A DNA stretch of 35,047 nt from Stramenopiles sp. TOSAG23-2 (Eukaryota), in the NCBI GenBank assembly GCA_900128395.1, contig LT649345.1, positions 1 to 35,047 on the forward strand, written 5' to 3'. Positions within the stretch are counted from its first letter, which is position 1; every line of letters begins with the position of its first letter. Of this stretch, positions 32,206-35,047 are shown in pieces. Below the pieces are notes generated by a model. It saw only the letters and a list, made by a program, of their open reading frames with translations, had not been told where the DNA came from and searched no databases. The position numbers and the translations under genes were made by a program.

Positions 32206-33699
32206 TTAGTATGCAACACTGACATTTTTTAATGCAAGCTTTGGTAATAATTTTTTCGTAATGAATCTTGAAATTCTTTCATCATAATATTGTACATCAA
32301 GTGATTTTAAATTAACTAGATTTGTAAATAAAATGAGGCCATCTGCCTTGACAAGAGGCAGGGAGGCACAATTTACATGCTCTAATGATTGGATTTGGCT
32401 GATAAAACCAATCCCACAATTTGTTACTTTTAAACATCCATTGGCATTTAAATTTTGTAATTTATTCAATCGTGCAACATGTTTTAAACATGAATCGGTA
32501 AAGTTTTTTGTATGTGAAACATCTAACTTTTTTAACTCCTTTAAAAGATAAATATTATGAAAAGCTTCTGTCGTTACATTTCCTAAAAAGCTTACATTCA
32601 AGTATTCTAGACTTGACATTTTTGACATTACCATGTCAATACTTTTATCTGTTAATAAATTACAACCAGAAATATTCAATGCTTTTAAAAATTTCCCACG
32701 CGTCGATGCCAATGATGCAAGAACATCATCATTTATTATAACATTACAAGATAAATCAATTTCAATTAAATTTGGCAATTTTCCAAAATTGAATAGTGAT
32801 GTTTTAGGAACGTTATCGTTGTTTAATGTTTGGTTCCCATTATTGATGGGTGGATCATCAACAGCAACAGCCTCGTGTTCATTATCATCATCATTTCCGT
32901 CTTCTTCTTCCTCCTCTTCCTCTTCTTCTTCATTATTAATTATATTTTCCACTTTTTTCATATTTGATGCAATGAATATTTTTAAATTTGGAAGTTTATT
33001 TGTAACAGCTTTTAATACATTTAAAATGTTGCCTTTAGTACATGATATATTTAAATGTTCTAAATTTTTATGTATGGCCAAATCATTATTATTAGAGTTA
33101 TCATTACTTGATATAAATTCTGGAATAATGGAGGAACTATTCACAATTAATGATTTTAATAATGGTAACTTCAATAATATATGTGGAATAGTATTTTGCA
33201 TGTATTCTACTTCCATACAATTTGATAAATTTAAATGGTAAATATTCTGATAATTTGACAGGAATTGTATCAATTGATCCTTCTGTACTTTAGTACTGTT
33301 TAAATCTAGCCGGCGTACAGTTTCTATTGATAAACGACGAAATCTTTTATTTATAAGTGTAACACAAGATAATATTTCTAATGTGTTCAAAAATCCAGTT
33401 AAAATACTTAACGTAAGTAAATCGTCAGGTAGATGAGCAAAATCAAACTTTGTCGAAACGGATATTGTACATAATCTTAACCGTCGCCTAGATTGATTGT
33501 ATAGATTAATGCCATTAAATGCACCGTTGATGTTGTTGTTATTATTATTATCAGTATGATTATGATTATTATTATTATCAAGCTCTGTTTGCTTTGGAAA
33601 TTGTGTTGGGAAGTCAGTCTCATCAAACTCATATTCTAAGTCATCATTATCAAAGAAAGATCGACTGATTAATACAGGCCTTGGTCTTGATATTTTCAT
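32206..33699 (-). CDS. F-box/leucine-rich repeat protein
   Basis: F-box-like FAHLPDDLLTLSILTGFLNTLEILSCVTLINKRFRRLS, followed by cysteine-containing LRRs (LKALNISGCNLLTD, LQNLNANGCLKVTN). Confidence 0.88.
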   Translation of the reverse strand: MKISRPRPVLISRSFFDNDDLEYEFDETDFPTQFPKQTELDNNNNHNHTDNNNNNNINGAFNGINLYNQSRRRLRLCTISVSTKFDFAHLPDDLLTLSILTGFLNTLEILSCVTLINKRFRRLSIETVRRLDLNSTKVQKDQLIQFLSNYQNIYHLNLSNCMEVEYMQNTIPHILLKLPLLKSLIVNSSSIIPEFISSNDNSNNNDLAIHKNLEHLNISCTKGNILNVLKAVTNKLPNLKIFIASNMKKVENIINNEEEEEEEEEEDGNDDDNEHEAVAVDDPPINNGNQTLNNDNVPKTSLFNFGKLPNLIEIDLSCNVIINDDVLASLASTRGKFLKALNISGCNLLTDKSIDMVMSKMSSLEYLNVSFLGNVTTEAFHNIYLLKELKKLDVSHTKNFTDSCLKHVARLNKLQNLNANGCLKVTNCGIGFISQIQSLEHVNCASLPLVKADGLILFTNLVNLKSLDVQYYDERISRFITKKLLPKLALKNVSVAY

Positions 33700-34356
33700 C
33701 TTGTTATTGTAGATATTATTGTATATGTAGTATATATATATATATTCTAATGATCTTACTAAAATATAAAACTAATATCTACAATATTATAATGTATAGT
33801 CATCAGTATGTGGAGATATCTATGATTATGATTATTTAGATTGCCAGATTGGTGCATTCCTTTTAGGCATTATTATTGGATGGAGAAAATAGCAACACAA
33901 CACTCTTAACTTCTTTTTTGTGGTGGTGTGCTGGTGTGATACATGTTAATGTACCTGGTAGTATAATAGTGTTGTTATTGTGTGCTGTTGTTAGTATGTA
34001 TAGGCAGAACACATCATTGTTAGCCGGTGATGCTGGTTAATTAAGCTTAATGCTATGTTGATGTTATTTAATCCCTAACAAGAACATGAATTTTTGATTC
34101 ATTGACTGATAGCCAGGACGATTGTTTTCCTTATCATATAATTCTGTGTAATTAATTTTCCTTATTTCCTCAACTCGTTTCATTTGGAGGCACAAGGACG
34201 ATGGTCTTTCCATTTCCTAATGGGTACACCCCTCCTGTTGAAAAATAATATTTTCCATTCCGTTGGACATATGTTAAATTATCTTGGTATGTTGAAAAAA
34301 GTTTTTTCCCATTTTTGATATGAACCTTGGACCGAAATCCACTTAATGTTTTTCAT

Positions 34357-34657
34357 TTACACAACATGGCCTGCCATTTCTTTGTCAGTAGGCCATGAAA
34401 CACATGCATCTGGATCATCTTTTAGTGATTCAACTAAAATATTAATATCTCTGTTGATTGCTTGTGATATCCGGTGCCTTGGTATCCCAAAAAGTAGTCC
34501 CAAATATTTCATTTCACATGTGCTGTTTAGATAAATCAGTATCAGTCCAATTCGATCTTGCAAACAAATTTTGTTATTAATATAATTATTCCTTGCATTT
34601 GGATCATATATAATAGGGGGGATTGGAGCATGGCATTGTGAAGGTTCCGATTTAAGT
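34357..34657 (-). pseudogene. Relic of a PIF/Harbinger-like (DDE_Tnp_4-associated HTH) transposase
   Basis: IGLILIYLNSTCEMKYLGLLFGIPRHRISQAINRDINILVESLKDDPDACVSWPT fits the LxLxLxYL...LxxLFG...ISR...IxWP block that precedes the DDE core. There is no upstream ATG, and it stops before the first catalytic IDG motif. Confidence 0.65.
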
Positions 34658-34775
34658 CAATATCATACAACAAAAGTAATACATATAGCATGTATACACA
34701 TGTTATACAAATGGCCATTGAATTTTATGGAGAAAATGGCAGATGTATAAAGACAAAATACCACAAAACTTAAAA

Positions 34776-34944
34776 GTGCAGGATCTAGTATTACAAAAAA
34801 ACATTGTGAGGAATGGAGGCTTAGAGACGGTTCGATTCCGTCTCATGTTAAAAATTGTCCCAGTCCTTGGCTACCTAAGGTAGCTCACTTGGCTCGGCCA
34901 AGAAGGGCAAGCAAACTTTAAGGTTTGTGGGACTCTTTTTGCAC
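34776..34944 (+). ncRNA. Candidate structured RNA (tRNA-like T-arm/B-box, multibranch domain, T5)
   Basis: GAGACGG-TTCGATT-CCGTCTC (34824-34844) contains a perfect B box, GGTTCGATTCC. There are three further 6-bp hairpins, closing stems and a TTTTT tract. Family not recognised. Confidence 0.35.
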
Positions 34945-35047
34945 CAACAACCTCATCTGCCATCAATGATTGTGTAGGAGTTGGATGGAGTGTGGTGCTG
35001 TGTGATTTTTGTGTTGTTTCCACAAAAAATACAAAAATATGAATGCA

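Noticed and set aside
34800..34850. Canonical tRNA gene
   Set aside because: No anticodon arm and too short; kept only as a tRNA-like candidate.
34857..34933. Resemblance to the HDV ribozyme (GTCCCAG...GGGCAA...TGGGAC) and to the LSU rRNA/I-CeuI word CCTAAGGTAGC
   Set aside because: No P1/P1.1 pseudoknot, no L3 consensus and no catalytic C-containing J4/2. The rRNA match is only 11 nt.

Overview
AT-rich, intron-poor eukaryotic nuclear DNA. An axonemal dynein light chain implies a flagellated organism; a stramenopile-like protist is my inference, not verified. About 14 protein-coding loci lie in almost perfectly alternating orientation: TMEM39-like (-), Snf7/ESCRT-III (+), DHRS4-like SDR with RGG tail (-), 3-hydroxyisobutyrate dehydrogenase (+), a doubtful locus (-), RNA Pol I subunit RPA49 (+, apparent 1-nt frameshift), a 2-exon IQ/HAD/Cys-His protein (-), p31comet (+), an orphan ORF (+), FANCI-like (-), DNAL1 (+), a tandem two-domain Kv channel (-), TRM6 (+) and an F-box/LRR protein (-). 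A PIF/Harbinger-like transposase relic follows. The most interesting signals are non-coding: (i) a hairpin-rich cassette shared, in sense orientation, by the 3' regions of three unrelated genes; (ii) a ~300-bp structured repeat in three copies; (iii) a 401-bp near-perfect foldback element; (iv) a tRNA-like module plus multibranch structure ending in T5 near the window end; (v) distinct recurring motifs in divergent versus convergent intergenic regions. All protein calls come from remembered family motifs, not database searches.
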